Below are positions 13,338-25,396 of a stretch of DNA of 35,313 bases, one piece after another. The DNA is taken from NCBI GenBank assembly GCA_000934665.2, contig JYFJ02004043.1, positions 1 to 35,313 of the forward strand, given 5' to 3'. The position numbers and the translations under genes were made by a program. Position 1 is the stretch's first letter, and each line of letters opens with the position of its first letter. Source of the DNA: Catajapyx aquilonaris (taxonomy: Eukaryota). Below the pieces are notes generated by a model that saw nothing but the letters and a program-made list of their open reading frames with translations, ran no database searches and was not told the DNA's origin.

Positions 13338-13349
13338 GTAACATGACAG

Positions 13350-13469
13350 CCATTAGAGAACCCATCGAAACTCTATCCACATAAGTATCCTCTGTCCGAC
13401 CCGGGGATAGAACTCGGGACCTTAGAGGTGGAAGGCTGCGGCGCTAACCACTCCGCAACAGTGTCGCCC
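13350..13469 (-). mobile_element. tRNA-derived SINE head fragment
   Basis: Minus strand GGGCGACACTGTTGCGGAGTGGTTAGCGC...GAGTTCTATCCC: degenerate Pol III A and B boxes; acceptor stem does not close. Confidence 0.65.
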
Positions 13470-14094
13470 GCGAAACATGCACAATAAACCTATGGTTAAC
13501 GCCTCCAGATGGTTATGTCATAATTATTATACAACACCATACATGCAATATGTGAAAGTATTCAGTGGAAAAGTTACCGTACAATTATTGCATCCAAATC
13601 ACCTTAAACGTTACGTAAGTTATCATGTATGAGAAATAAAGGAAGAGATAATGATTTTTTTATTTACTTTCTACAGGAGCATAATTATGTTGTTATTCAG
13701 GAAATGCATCAACTGGGGCACGGCCGTGCTTACCAGATCTGGAACCAGATATGAACTATAGCCTCCTCAGGCGAAAGATAAGATAAAATTTTCACTTCAG
13801 TTTTTACCGTGCAGTGAAGGAGGTAACAGCATGATGTTACAGGTATGGTACACGTGTACTTCTTCACGTAATTGCCTTTTTATTATTGAAAATCAGTTTT
13901 ATTCCTGGTTGTTGTACACATCACCTTTGGGGGGAGAACAATAATATTATCGTCAGGACTGACGGTAATATAATTATTCAAGATAAATTATAATCCAAAT
14001 GGAAACAAGATGCTTTTATGATATGAAAGAAGTGAAATTTGGATGGCTGATACCTTCGAACTTCGAAGTGCATAATTTTTTCCTTTAGTTCCAG

Positions 14095-16021
14095 ATGAAA
14101 CCGTTGCTGTCAGTCTTCATAGCTCTAGCCTGTTTCCTATATGAAGTCCGATCAGCAAATATTTTAATCTACATGGGGATGTCTTCGCCAAGTCATAAAT
14201 TCGCTTTTCTGCCCTACGCCGAAGAACTTGTGAACCGAGGTCACCAAGTAACTTTTGTCTCTCCATTTCTCACTAAAAATGCGAAATTCCGTGACATAAG
14301 CCCTCCGTTAATGCAAGAAGCTGCTTCACTTTGCATGGATGGAAATTACGTCGACTTTCGCTTAAATAATGATGTGATAAATTTTGCCAAATTGATTCCA
14401 CTATCATCTGTGTCCATTTGCGAAGCTGTTATGAAGAGCCCGGAACTGAAGAACATAGTTTTAGGAAAAGAAAAGTTTGACCTGATCATCATCGATCCTC
14501 TTGCAAATGAGTGTGGACTTGGTTTTGGGCATGTTAATAAGGCACCAATCGTGTACTTCCATACAGCAGGATACTATCCTTGGACAGCTACTGCCTTGGG
14601 TATTCCATCAGCAGCCGTTTATTCGACTACTTACTTCGTCTTCAACACAAATGATTTTACTAAACTGACTACCCGAGCACTTACCACCGTAACTAACTTA
14701 CTGTTCGACTATCTGCGACGTTGGAATGTCTTCCCAACAGTCGAGAACATGTGGTCTCAACGCTTGGGTTACCTAGTTCCTTCATTTGCTGACATGGAAA
14801 GAAATGTTAGTTTATATCTCCTTAACACCCATTATGCTGTGGAATTCCCAATTCCATACATGCATAATGCAATATCAGTAGGAGGAATCCATTTGCAACC
14901 ACACAATCCCCTTCCTGAGGTGAGACATAGTCTGTATTGTAAATGAATTAAATCAATTTAATGGCCCATGTGACTTCCGAAATGTTTTACCACCTTGCAT
15001 AAAGTAACTTTGACAGTACAGTAGACAAACGAGTAATGTGTTAAGTATGGGTAAACTATAATGACCCTTATTACTAATCTATTGCTTTATCTTGAGCAGG
15101 ATTTGGAAAATATTGCATCTGGGAGTGGAAAGGAAGGTTTCATTGTCTTCAGCTTGGGATCTATGGTTCAAGCCAAAACATTGCCTCGCATTTATTACTT
15201 AGCGTTTCTTGAGGCATTTCGTAGGCTCCCTCAACGGGTCATCTGGAAATGGGAATCTGACGACCACCAAGAAACACTTCCAGCTAACGTTTTCACAAGA
15301 AAGTGGATTCCTCAGTATGATCTTTTAGGTTTGCAACATTTATGGGCAGTCACATGTTTTTAGTTCCATATAGTAATGACCCCTTCCTTCATCATATTTA
15401 GTAATTAATCAAAATATTTATTACACACAGCACACCCAAAATGCAGAGGATTTGTAACTCATGGAGGCAAACTGGGCACTATAGAAGCCATTCAGGAAGG
15501 TATTCCAGTCGTAGTCATACCTTTCTTCACCGATCAAGACTTGCATGGCACACTAGCGCAGAGGGAAGGGTCAGGAATTTTTATGGACCTTAGTGATGTC
15601 AGCGCTGACACCTTATTTCAAGCTATCTCGAACATAACTCTGGATGCTAAGTAAGTCAGAATTTTTTGCTATGCCCTGCACATTGTGTTCTTATGAAATA
15701 GTGTGACCACAAATGATATGTTTATTTAGGTTCAAGAAGAGGGCTATGGAGAGGTCCAAAATCTTTCGTGATCAGCCTGACACGCCTCTGTCTCGAGCCA
15801 TCTTCTGGACAGAATTTGTTCTGCGACATCCCCAAGGACTGCCACTGCGTACCGAAGCCAAGTATTTCACTTGGTATCAATACCACATGGTCGACGTTTG
15901 GATTTTGGTCGCATGCATTGTCCTAGTACCAATCATCGGAATGCACTTACTGATACGTTTCACCTGGCGCTTAGTGAGGCCAAATTCAACAAAAAGCAAA
16001 ATAAAAATAAAGTTATCATAA
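14095..16021 (+). CDS. UDP-glycosyltransferase gene 4; exons 14095-14919, 15100-15328, 15431-15650, 15730-16021 (521 aa)
   Basis: Signal peptide, SPSH, [29 protein letters not shown], KIKLS end; the 220 nt exon 3 is missing from the ORF track but reads open in frame. Confidence 0.94.
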
Positions 16022-16914
16022 ACATAGGCCTATTAGAGACTGTTACAGCTATATGAAATATTTTAAGTAAGCTACTAACTGAAGGTACAGTAGGCTACAC
16101 ACTACTGCACATATAGTGCAATGGAGGTGGTATTTTATTGTATTGCAGTAATTCCTTGGCACAATTTTATGAAGATTATTCAAATACACTTTTTGATAAT
16201 AATATAAAACAGTGTATTAAATTCTTACTTTCACTCCTGCCTTAGTGCAACCACTCATATGCTCTCTGATAATATAGGCACTCATATTACAGCATAAAAT
16301 TATATCAGTGATCCTCGGTCACACACGCTCTAAACATTGCAACGCCGCACAAGAAAGAGAAGCAAATTATTATTACGCGTAAGTCACTTGAATACTTGAT
16401 ATGTGCTGGTCAGCATCGCAGGAACTTGCGTAATATCCACTAATGCTTATCAGTAATATGTTTAGTAGGCTTTATACAATAGTATAATTATACATACTGT
16501 ACAAGTGTACATGTTGCCAAATACTGTCTTGTCATAAAAATGGTATGTGATTGATTGGCAGTCATAAATGTAACAATCATGTCCGTAATGCCAGTAGTAT
16601 CCATAATTATGACAGTATGGCAGCTCTCATGCTCAACAGGACGTCGATGAACTTGACTGGAAATCCAACCAGAAGACTAATGACGTAAACGATGGTGAGG
16701 TTTAGGTTGACCTTTAGACAAACCCGACCATTCGCCTTGCACCTTATCCTGGCCCTAAGGCACTCGCGCCGATTTCCATCATCTTCTAATGTCGGTAACT
16801 GTTGGGTTTTTATGTTTCACCTCTACGCTTAAGACTTGTGTTGGGCCAACGAGTATACCCTGATGGGAGACTGACCTGACGTTATGACCTACCTGGTGTG
16901 CAGCAGGGACTCGA

Positions 16915-16961
16915 GAAGGTAGGAGGGGCCAAGGATAATATTCTTAGCCCCTTCTACCTTC
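16915..16961. repeat. 21 bp-stem hairpin, probably a MITE subterminal structure
   Basis: GAAGGTAGGAGGGGCCAAGGA-TAATA-TTCTTAGCCCCTTCTACCTTC, preceded by CAGCAGGG. Confidence 0.6.
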
Positions 16962-17222
16962 CTGAAAATTGAAAATTGAATATAGGCTGTAAGGAAAAAA
17001 TAACACATTGATTTCCTCCTGAACACGCAGTGTAGCCTGCAGTTATGTACTAAGTATTATATAATGTACTGTACGTGCATTTTGTAAAATTTAGGATCGG
17101 TACTGTTCATGATAAACTACCACACAAGCCTTGTACGAAGGTTACATGATTACTTCATTTACGTGCACTTGCATCACTATCAACAACTCTGAATCGTTAC
17201 TTCCGCAAGACTGGGGAGAAGG

Positions 17223-17455
17223 CCAGGAAGAAATAGCACCAGGAAAGTTACAACGAAGAAGGAATCATTCCCTTTTACCTGGATCTCCGTGTGTCAAGTC
17301 AGCACCTTACCTCACAGTCTCTCCTTTGAATTTTGAAGAATTTCAGAAGCCCCCTATTCGACCATATGGATATAGAAATATGTCGACCACCAAGGAAAAC
17401 TTCCAGGCAATAGTGGTTCACGGGGATATGGATATACCTCAGTATGATCTCCTGG
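17223..17455 (+). pseudogene. Decayed UGT exon-2 remnant
   Basis: Aligns by eye with gene 4 exon 2 (CGACCACCAAGGAAAACTTCCAG vs CGACCACCAAGAAACACTTCCAG) and ends IPQYDLL; frameshifts present and the donor GT is lost. Confidence 0.75.
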
Positions 17456-17661
17456 ATCCACAGTTACAATAATTTTTACAATATGCCTACTGTACTACAA
17501 ACATGCAGTAACGGTTGGTGACATATCGATTCATCATAATTATATATCTATTTATCATGCGTGTCTATTTTAGTCATAGGGTATACACTACGGAGTAGAG
17601 CAGAGCGCGCTTGGTTGGGACATGGCTAAAGAGGATGGTGATAATGGTAGGTTTTCACATC

Positions 17662-17832
17662 TCTGCCGTCAGATGCAAGAAGACCGACCATAACTCAAAA
17701 CTAGTAAGGGTGAAAGTCGCATGCATGCCCTGCACTAATCCACCTGACTCAGAGGGGATTAGTGTAGGGCATGCATGCGACTTTCACCCTTACTAGTTTT
17801 TGAGTTACGGTCTTCTTGCATCTGACGACAGA
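17662..17832. mobile_element. ~170 bp near-perfect fold-back element (MITE-like)
   Basis: ~85 bp inverted arms (GTCAGATGCAAGAAGACCG...CTAGTAAGGGTGAAAGTCGCATGCATGCCC...) meeting at TGACTCA with essentially no loop. Confidence 0.75.
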
Positions 17833-20546
17833 TCTGCCTGAGAAAGAGACAGAGACGATATGATGCATCTCAATTTTACCAGCCGTCACATGGTTCATGA
17901 GAATAAAATATTGTGTAGGATGTTTAATATTATTAAGATGTTGTGTTCTTGTAGCAAATTAATACTCACTAGAGAGAATATGTACCAAAAACTGACAAAA
18001 TGGACATAGTCATTCAGGAGGATTCATGTACTGGTCTGGTCATGCTTTTCTTTTCTGATTAAACGGGTCACTGGCTGATCATATAACGGTTTGGATATTG
18101 TTATCAACATCGTGAGAGTGAAAACTGACACACTTCAGCATCAGGCTACTTTCAGCATGTCAAGACCCTTTAGATGCCTACACATCCGCTTAATGCCATT
18201 CCGAGTGCTATAAAAGATAAAAATGAAGAGATTCATAATTAATTTGAGGACACCAAATATAGTCTTATCTCTAGTCATATTGTAAGCACTGATTGTGCAG
18301 TTCTGGACTGTTGGTCGTCATCACTTCCATCCACCGCCAGTTGAGAGGAGAAGGAAGTGATCACTCCCACACATGAAGAAATGACACTTCAATTATTATT
18401 GGTATCAGTAGTCACATGAAGGGCATTTGGCTCTGCGATTGGGGTGTCCGACAGTACCGTATTTGAAGAGTTATTTGTGCATGTGATATATAGGCCTTTA
18501 CCATATTGGTTTATCTCATTGTGAAGCCTAACAATCAGTTTTCAATCAATCAAATTTATTTTACCTCATTGCATCGGCGCAATGAGGGACTTAAATCCTG
18601 TACATTTTAGAACACTAATAATACTAAGAGGGGTCCCTGCTTGGAAGTAAATAGATCTTTGACATAATCACACCCAATGCCCATTGTCCTGGGGGCGCAG
18701 CCTATATCAAGAAGAAACAATGTTGCAACCAGAAAAGTAATTTAATAACCAGCTGGGGGAGGGGGGAGTACATTGGGGAAGCCTAACAAGAATAAACTCA
18801 TACTATGTCACATACCAGTACCAGAAATGTTACATTCGGCTCTAAATATATTTACTTATTTTTAAATTATGACTATACAATCACCACATCAGCATAAGTG
18901 TTAAATACACTTATCTTTTACATGCCAAAAAAATCAGTAGGCATTTTTGCCACCATCTCTTTTCCGTTGTCCTTGCCACAAACAAGTAATTTTTGTTGAC
19001 AAAGAGGAATTGTGATGTTCAATTGCAGAGCGGAACGGCAATAAAAAACACCTGCGTGTATGGGGTGGGTGCTGGGGGGAGGGGGGGGACCGTTGGACCT
19101 TGTCTTTTTTACATCCGACTCAGCTGAGATTCGAAGTAGTGACCTTCTGAAGGCGGAGAGCATAATACCAAGCTTGCCAACACGTCCGGCGCTCAAGGTT
19201 GAGAGATTTTTTAAAAGTATACTTTGGTGAGTTTATATTATCTCTAGAAAAATGCACGTCATAAAATCTTAGCTCCATGTCATTGGATCCCACGGCTGGT
19301 GTGTATTATAGCCTATGACTGGAGCGATAACGCCAATCTGTGGTCCAGGAAAATCTACAAGATATCCGTTGTGGAATCCAAACCCACGCTAGTCCACGGC
19401 CCACGTTGGCCTAATTCAGTGTTTGTGAGCTTGAGTTCAACGGGTTATCTTGCAAAAGTGATTCAGGTAGTACAATGCATTAGACTTTAAAAACACGAAA
19501 ATGTTTGTATATCGGATGCGACACAGGTTTTTGCAGCTGGGTTTGAATATGACTCTGTTGTAACATTATTTTTAAAGGGATATTGATAAAGTGATGCAGA
19601 CTATTGGGTAATCTTACCAGAAGAGTTTACTGTTAGAGTAGAAATCAGTGATTTTTGAATTTTGACAGATGCTGTTGTGAAATCGGTGATAATAGACTAT
19701 ATTATTACTGCAGCATTTAAATTATAACTTATTGTATGATACTAGCAAGTGGTTGGGTATACCATAGGCCTACTTTTGATGTAAAAAGAGCCGTAGATAG
19801 GCACATGAATTTAACACTTGATAATTATTGATATTCCCGTTTTCCGGCATCTGCTTGCTAATAACTTATAATATTTTCAGGTGACAGTCTCGAGGAGAGT
19901 AGGCTACTTTATCACTGGATTGCCTATAGATTCATGATTTTGTTGTTGATTTATTAAATTATAACCCACTACTCGAGTACAGTAGCCTACCATAGTCTGC
20001 ATCATGACTAGTAAAGTCCACTGATTATTATGCTTCGTCATTGTAGTCTAAGTTATTGCGAAACCATGCAAATAAATCTCAAGTTTTCCATATAAAACCA
20101 GTTATAATCAACCACAGCACCATAAGAATAACCTCAAATGACATATTTACAGTATAATAATCATAAAAACAGTTCACACAATATTCTTGAAAAACATTTG
20201 AATTTTTCAAAAAATTACCTTAAAAGTCTCAATGATTACACGAATTCAACTTTAAGTCGATATTCTGTAACATGTCAAATGAGAACTATCACTATGTGTA
20301 AATTATTCCTCTGTTTATTATGTCAATCAAAAATTTTAAACATTAAATAATATTGCAGGGACTAACACGTCGTTATTCCAGTTGTTGTGTGTGTGACTTA
20401 TTATTTATCTGACTTGTTAGACTGAGGAAGGTTGAGGAAATGGAGATGTGGATCATTCTTAATTACTGTATTCATTCTTAATTACTGCATGTATAAGTAT
20501 ATAAAAATGTGAGTACTTAAAATATATCTCATTTTAGGGGGAAAAA

Positions 20547-22725
20547 ATGAATTCTCATCTACAAGTTCTTCTCCTTCTGCTGGCCACTTGCTCAACATAT
20601 GTCCACGGCAAAAATATTGTCATTTACCTAGCAGTAGGTTCCAAAAGTCACAAGTTTGTCATGAACAATTATGCCAACGAGCTAGTTGCAAGAGGTCACC
20701 AAGTAACAATGATTTCATCATTTCCGTCCCCTCCTGGAAGCACCAAATACAAGGACCTTGTTCCCTCCAAATTAGCCGAGCTTGCGACCGCCTACATGGG
20801 CAGCATGGGTGTTTTCCGGAACAGAGTTGAGAATCCGACATTTATGAAACCGATTGTCATGCTACCGTTCGCAGGAGCATTGTCCTGCGAAATATTTTTG
20901 AATAGCCCTGAAGTATCCTACTTGGTGGAGGGTCGTGAAAAAGTTGACTTATTCATAATTGACCCCCTATCTAACGACTGTGCATTTGGATTGGCTCACG
21001 TGCACAAAGCACCAGTGATAATATTCTCCACCACTGGCATGATGACCACCACAGCTTCTGCAATGGGTCTGCCCTCTTCAGCAATCTTTAGTCCATCTAT
21101 GCTGGTGCCTGGAGGAACAGACATTACCTGTGTTTGGCACCGTCTCAAAGGTGTTGTCAGCGAATTCATTACAACTATTACAAGAAGGTATTATGTTCAT
21201 CCAAAAGTGAGGTCCCTGTGGGAGGAACGACTAGGAAGACCATTTCCCTCCTTTGATGATTTGGAGAGGAACACAAGCCTTGCTCTTCTTAATACTCATC
21301 CTGCGGTTGATTTTCCATCACCACTGTTTCCTAACATGGTTCATGTCGGGGGTATTCATCTTGTTCCGCCCAAGCCTTTATCACAAGTATGACCGTGTTT
21401 TGTTAATATTGTAGCATGTACTAATTTGTGCTGTCTTACAGGACTTGCAAGATATAGCGCTGCCAGGATTCATCCTCTTCAGCCTAGGATCTGTCACTCA
21501 GGCCAAGGATATGCCGGAGGAGTACTTCCGGTTGTTCGTGAATACATTCAAAAAGTTGCCATACCGAGTGTTGTGGAAATTTGAGTCGGATGAGGAAATC
21601 AGTTTGCCTCCCAATGTGTATGCCAGGAAGTGGTTGCCACAAGGAGATCTTTTAGGTGAGTAATAAACTATTTAATAATATGTGATGAAGGGTCGTGACG
21701 TAACCAAGAAGGGAAAGACTCCCATAGCCACATAAATGATCATAGTTAGCCCTATAGTTGAGGCAGAAAGTTCAGGTGGTCATCATTTCCTCCTCCAATT
21801 CGAATAAGTTAATTCTGGATCGCCAATCACATTTGGAGTACCCAAGTAAATGATCATTTCTGGCCAATATATTGATAGCTACACAAATAAAATCATATTA
21901 TCTTTCAATTGTTCAGATGGAGAAAAGAGAGTTTTCGAATTGCAATTTTTATAAGCTAATTCAACATACCGTATGCTGAATAATAAATTATTAGCCGTCA
22001 CATTTATTGAATACTTCAGATTCATGTCTAGTGCAGATATGACGGTTTGCTCAGACAATCCTCAACTGACACACACAGGCGACATTAATTATTTTAATGT
22101 GCCTGACACTGTCTCGTCTTTGTACACTGTACAGTCTACACACAATTATTTACTTTGCACAGCGCACCCCAAATGCCTGGCATTCGTGACACACGGAGGG
22201 AAGCTGAGCCTCATAGAGGCAGTAGACAACGGAGTACCAATGGTAATCATTCCGTTTTTCGCCGATCAAGATATGCACGCTGCACTTGCCCAGAAGGAAG
22301 GCTTCGGAATTTATCTGGACGTGGCTAATATTACGGAAGATAATTTTCTTCGTTCTGTTATATCAGTTGTGGAGGATCCTTCGTAAGTCTCATAAGAATA
22401 GTAATATGTAGGCCTTGAATAATTTAATTTTTTAATTTCTTGAAACAGGTTTCGAGAGGCAGCAAAAAATAGAGCAGTGTTGCTCAAGGACCAGTCAGAT
22501 TCGCCACTAAACCGTGCTATTTACTGGACCGAGTTCGTCATTAGAAACGACGGTGCACCTCATTTGAGACCTGTTGCTAGAAATTTCTACTGGTTTCAGT
22601 ATCATTTTGTGGATGTGTTTTTCATCCTCATGTTGGTTTTTTTCAGCGTCGTAGTGGCCTTGACGTTATCTTGTAACTTAATTTGGAGACAAATAGCTGG
22701 GAAAAAGAAAGTAAAGCGTTCTTAA
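20547..22725 (+). CDS. UDP-glycosyltransferase gene 5; exons 20547-21386, 21442-21655, 22163-22382, 22449-22725 (516 aa)
   Basis: Signal peptide, SKSH, [29 protein letters not shown], KVKRS end; GT-AG introns, frame intact. Confidence 0.93.
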
Positions 22726-23121
22726 TCTATGAGAATGTGAAATGTGATGTTATATTTTTGTCGTTCTTGTCATAAATTTTTATTATTTTAGTAGGAACAG
22801 TTTTTGCATTATTATTCTGCCGTTACGGTACTACCCATGTTTCTATGTACTAATCGAGTTTATGCAAACAGGCCCCATCACACTGACCTTAGACTACTAT
22901 CATTTGGAACATTTGGAGTCTTTCCAGACTAAACGCCGGAAAGTGACCTTTACCTTGGGCTGGTGGCTCCTCTGTGTGGAGTTGCACTGCACCGGTATAC
23001 AAATGCTCCCCGGACGCGTCTGGATTCACATATGTCCCTGACATTCTCTATTATAGTTATTTGCATATGTCATGTGGAGCGTGAGAGATTCTACGCACAC
23101 ATTTAACGCGTAAAAGTATAC

Positions 23122-23250
23122 CTATAGATGGGTCGGTGAACGAACGCAAGCGGGTGCCCAATTTTATTACAGGAATTACATTACAAACTGTATTCCGACC
23201 TGTCATAAAATTGGCCATCTGCTTGCGTTCGTTCGCCGACCCATCTATAG
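23122..23250. mobile_element. 129 bp fold-back MITE-like element upstream of gene 6
   Basis: ~52 bp inverted arms CTATAGATGGGTCGGTGAACGAACGCAAGC... / ...GCTTGCGTTCGTTCGCCGACCCATCTATAG. Confidence 0.75.
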
Positions 23251-23477
23251 TACATAGAGGTAAAATAGGTTACAAGTAGAAGTTAGATAACTTTTGTTGG
23301 GTGAGTAATTGTAAGTAATATTACATTTTTTCGATGGATTTATGCCATCTAGGCACTCTGATCACTATTCATAATATGAGAATAATAGGGGAATAAATCC
23401 ACTGTCACTCACATTCTGAACAATGCGACTACATCCGTTCTCAGCAGTTCGCAAATTGTGTGTGGAGGATAAACATC

Positions 23478-25396
23478 ATGGAAGCCAGGACGCTATTGAT
23501 TTACTCGCTAATTTTCATCTACCTGAGTTGTGGTCAAGCGGCCCACATTGTCATCTACATGGTTCTAGGATCCCCTAGTCACAAGTTCACGTTTGTGCCA
23601 TATGCCAACGCCTTGGTGGACACAGGACACAAGGTGACTTTAGTGTCCAGTTTTCCTGGTTCAGGAAAAGAAAAATTTGCGGAAGTGACGCCTGCTTCTT
23701 TACAAAAAAATATGCTGGAGGTGAGTCACTAATCAGACTGGGATGTTACATGGTTACAAGTTTACCAGACTTGACCATTTCTCACGACTGAGTGTATTTT
23801 GATGTACTGGTAACATAATAAGCACACGATTCTGCAGGTGGTGAGTGGAATGAAAGTTTTCCAAAATCGACTGGATGGTTGGCTAATGAAACCAGTGAGC
23901 CTCTTGCCTGAGTGGTCAGTTGAGTCTTGCCAACTATTCCTCAACAGCCCCGAGGCGAAGTCTCTAGTGATGGGGATGGAAAAAGTTGACTTAGTGGTGA
24001 TTGACCCGTTAGCCAACGAATGCGCTCTGGGTCTTGCCCACCTGTATTCTGCACCCCATATGTACTTTTCCACTACAGGCATGTATTCGTGGCAGACTGG
24101 CTCCTTTGGACTTCCTTCCTCGTTAACAGCCAACCCTTCACCATTGCTTCCAAGAGTTAATGACATTTCGTGCTTCTGGCAGCGATTACAGATGGTCGTG
24201 GTTGAATTTATATGGGGGAAAATTAGATCATATTACACTTTTGTAGAGCATCGAAAGGCATGGGAGAAACGTCTCGGAAGACCTTTCCCTGATTTTGAAG
24301 AGTTGGAGAGGAACACCAGCTTTGTGCTGCTCAATACACATCCGACGGTCGAATATGCACAGCCAAGAATGAGAAACATGATAGATGTTGGTGGTATTCA
24401 TCTGAAACCCGCCGGAAAATTACCCAAGGTTTGTGATGTAGGCTGGGTGCCGTATGATAATTGGGTGTAACAAAAGAACTCTCATAGTGAGAATTTTATA
24501 ACAAGCCCGAGGCTATTGTTACACCTATTGTTATATGCCATATTTCTTGTCTATTATAACGATATTATAGTGCAGGTTTATTGCAGGATCTGGAGGATAT
24601 CGTGCAAAAAAGTGGAGACAATGGATTCATTCTGTTTGGATTAGGATCAGTTGCCAAAGCTAAAGATATGCCTAGATGGTACTATCGTGCCTTTGTGGAA
24701 GCCTTTAGCAAACTTCCTCAACTGATTCTTTGGAAATGGGAGTCTGATGAACAGGACAAGACCATGCCACCTAATGTCATCACAAGGAAATGGCTTCCTC
24801 AGAATGATCTTTTGGGTATTCACCATCGTGATTATACTGTCAATATACTGTTGGTGACTGACACTCTTTCCATTACAGGCCACCCAAAATGCCGGGCATT
24901 TGTGACCCATGGTGGTAAGCTGAGTACCTTAGAGGCCATCTATCACGCAGTTCCGGTGCTAGTCATACCATTCTTTGCCGATCAGGACCTGCATGCAAAC
25001 TTAGCCCAAAATGAGGGATTTGGGATTTACCTGGAGGTGACCAACATGACCGCTAGTAACTTCCGCTCTTCTCTGGAAACCCTGGTTAATGACCCCAGCT
25101 ATCGACGAAAAATTCAGAAGAGGTCTGAACTACTCCGAGATCAACCTAGTGCTCCGTTAGATCGGGCGATTTTTTGGACAGAATACGTTTTAAAACATGG
25201 TGGTATGTCACATATGCGTCCTTTGGCGACAAATTTCACTTGGTACCAGTATTATTTGGTAGATGTCTGGATGGCTATTCTGCTTGTGGTTGCTCCGTTG
25301 CTGATGTCGCTGTTCCTGTTCGCCAGAGTGCTTTGGAAGAGGGCTTGCAAAAAACTGAGTGGTAGGGGAAAGCGAAAGAAGGCAAAGAGGTCATAA
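23478..25396 (+). CDS. UDP-glycosyltransferase gene 6; exons 23478-23720, 23838-24428, 24587-24815, 24879-25396 (526 aa)
   Basis: Signal peptide, SPSH, [29 protein letters not shown], KAKRS end; extra intron in the N-terminal exon and last two exons fused; AATAAA at 25603. Confidence 0.93.

Noticed and set aside
13390..13469. Possible tRNA-Gly gene
   Set aside because: Degenerate B box, unpaired acceptor stem and continuation into a SINE-like body
19062..19088. G-run cluster (possible G-quadruplex)
   Set aside because: No positional or functional support; such runs are common in repeat debris
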